A DNA stretch of 64,000 nucleotides from Eledone cirrhosa (taxonomy: Eukaryota): the NCBI GenBank assembly GCA_964016885.1, contig OZ024746.1, positions 44,330,001 to 44,394,000 on the forward strand. Reading direction: 5' to 3'. The notes beneath the pieces are model-generated. The model saw only the letters and a list, made by a program, of their open reading frames with translations, searched no databases and had not been told where the DNA came from. Positions within the stretch are counted from its first letter, which is position 1. Each line of letters begins with the position of its first letter. The position numbers and the translations under genes were made by a program. Of the stretch, positions 63,580-64,000 are shown piece by piece.

Positions 63580-64000
63580 ACGGCAGAAATAGATATAGAG
63601 AAGGGGGAGAGTTTGATGTTTATTGATATAGAGAGAGGAATTTGAAGAGAGTTCCATGTAGTATATATACAGAGGTGGAGAGTTTGGTGTTAATTGATAT
63701 TGAGAGGGGGATTAAAAAAGAGCTCCGTATAGTAGATATGAAGAGGTGGAGAGTTTGGGGTTAATTGATATATAGAGGGGGATTGGGAGAGTATGCTGTA
63801 TTGTTGTATGGTTGATGTAGAGACGGGGAGAGTTTGGTAGGGATAGAGTGAGAGGATTGATACAGACAGGTATTGACACATATAGAGAGGGGGGAGAGAA
63901 TGGTAGTGATAGAGTGAGAGGGAATGAGAGTGTATTGTATGATAGATATAAAGAGGGGTATAGTTTGGTGGTATTTCTTATAGTGGGGGGGGGGGGGGTC
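63580..64000. repeat. Degenerate GA-rich tandem repeat
   Basis: Recurrent GATATAGAGAGGGGGAGAGTTTG-like units. Confidence 0.6.

Overview
AT-rich, microsatellite-dense eukaryotic DNA. The SINE families and (TA)n/(ATT)n load suggest a cephalopod such as Octopus; this is inference only. No host gene is recognisable and the window is mostly transposable elements. It holds two decayed Tx1 (L1-clade) LINEs nested in SINE (ATT)n tails, two R4/Dong-like RLE LINEs (one with an uninterrupted 1216-aa ORF), RTE fragments with RTE-derived non-autonomous tandem units, a Chapaev-like transposase remnant, a mariner MITE, a Penelope-like element with 1.15-kb inverted pLTRs, and many tRNA-derived SINEs. The most notable unannotated layer is about 15 type I hammerhead ribozyme (HHR) motifs from several unrelated short elements sitting in (TA)n tracts, many with palindromic loop III. 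They include a retrozyme-like 521-bp tandem and a U3-A8 core variant. Other highlights are an apparent shared 3' tail between the SINE and the Tx1 LINEs, a 90-125-bp target-site duplication, and a conserved splice donor at the Tx1 ORF1/ORF2 junction. All coordinates and folds were read by eye.
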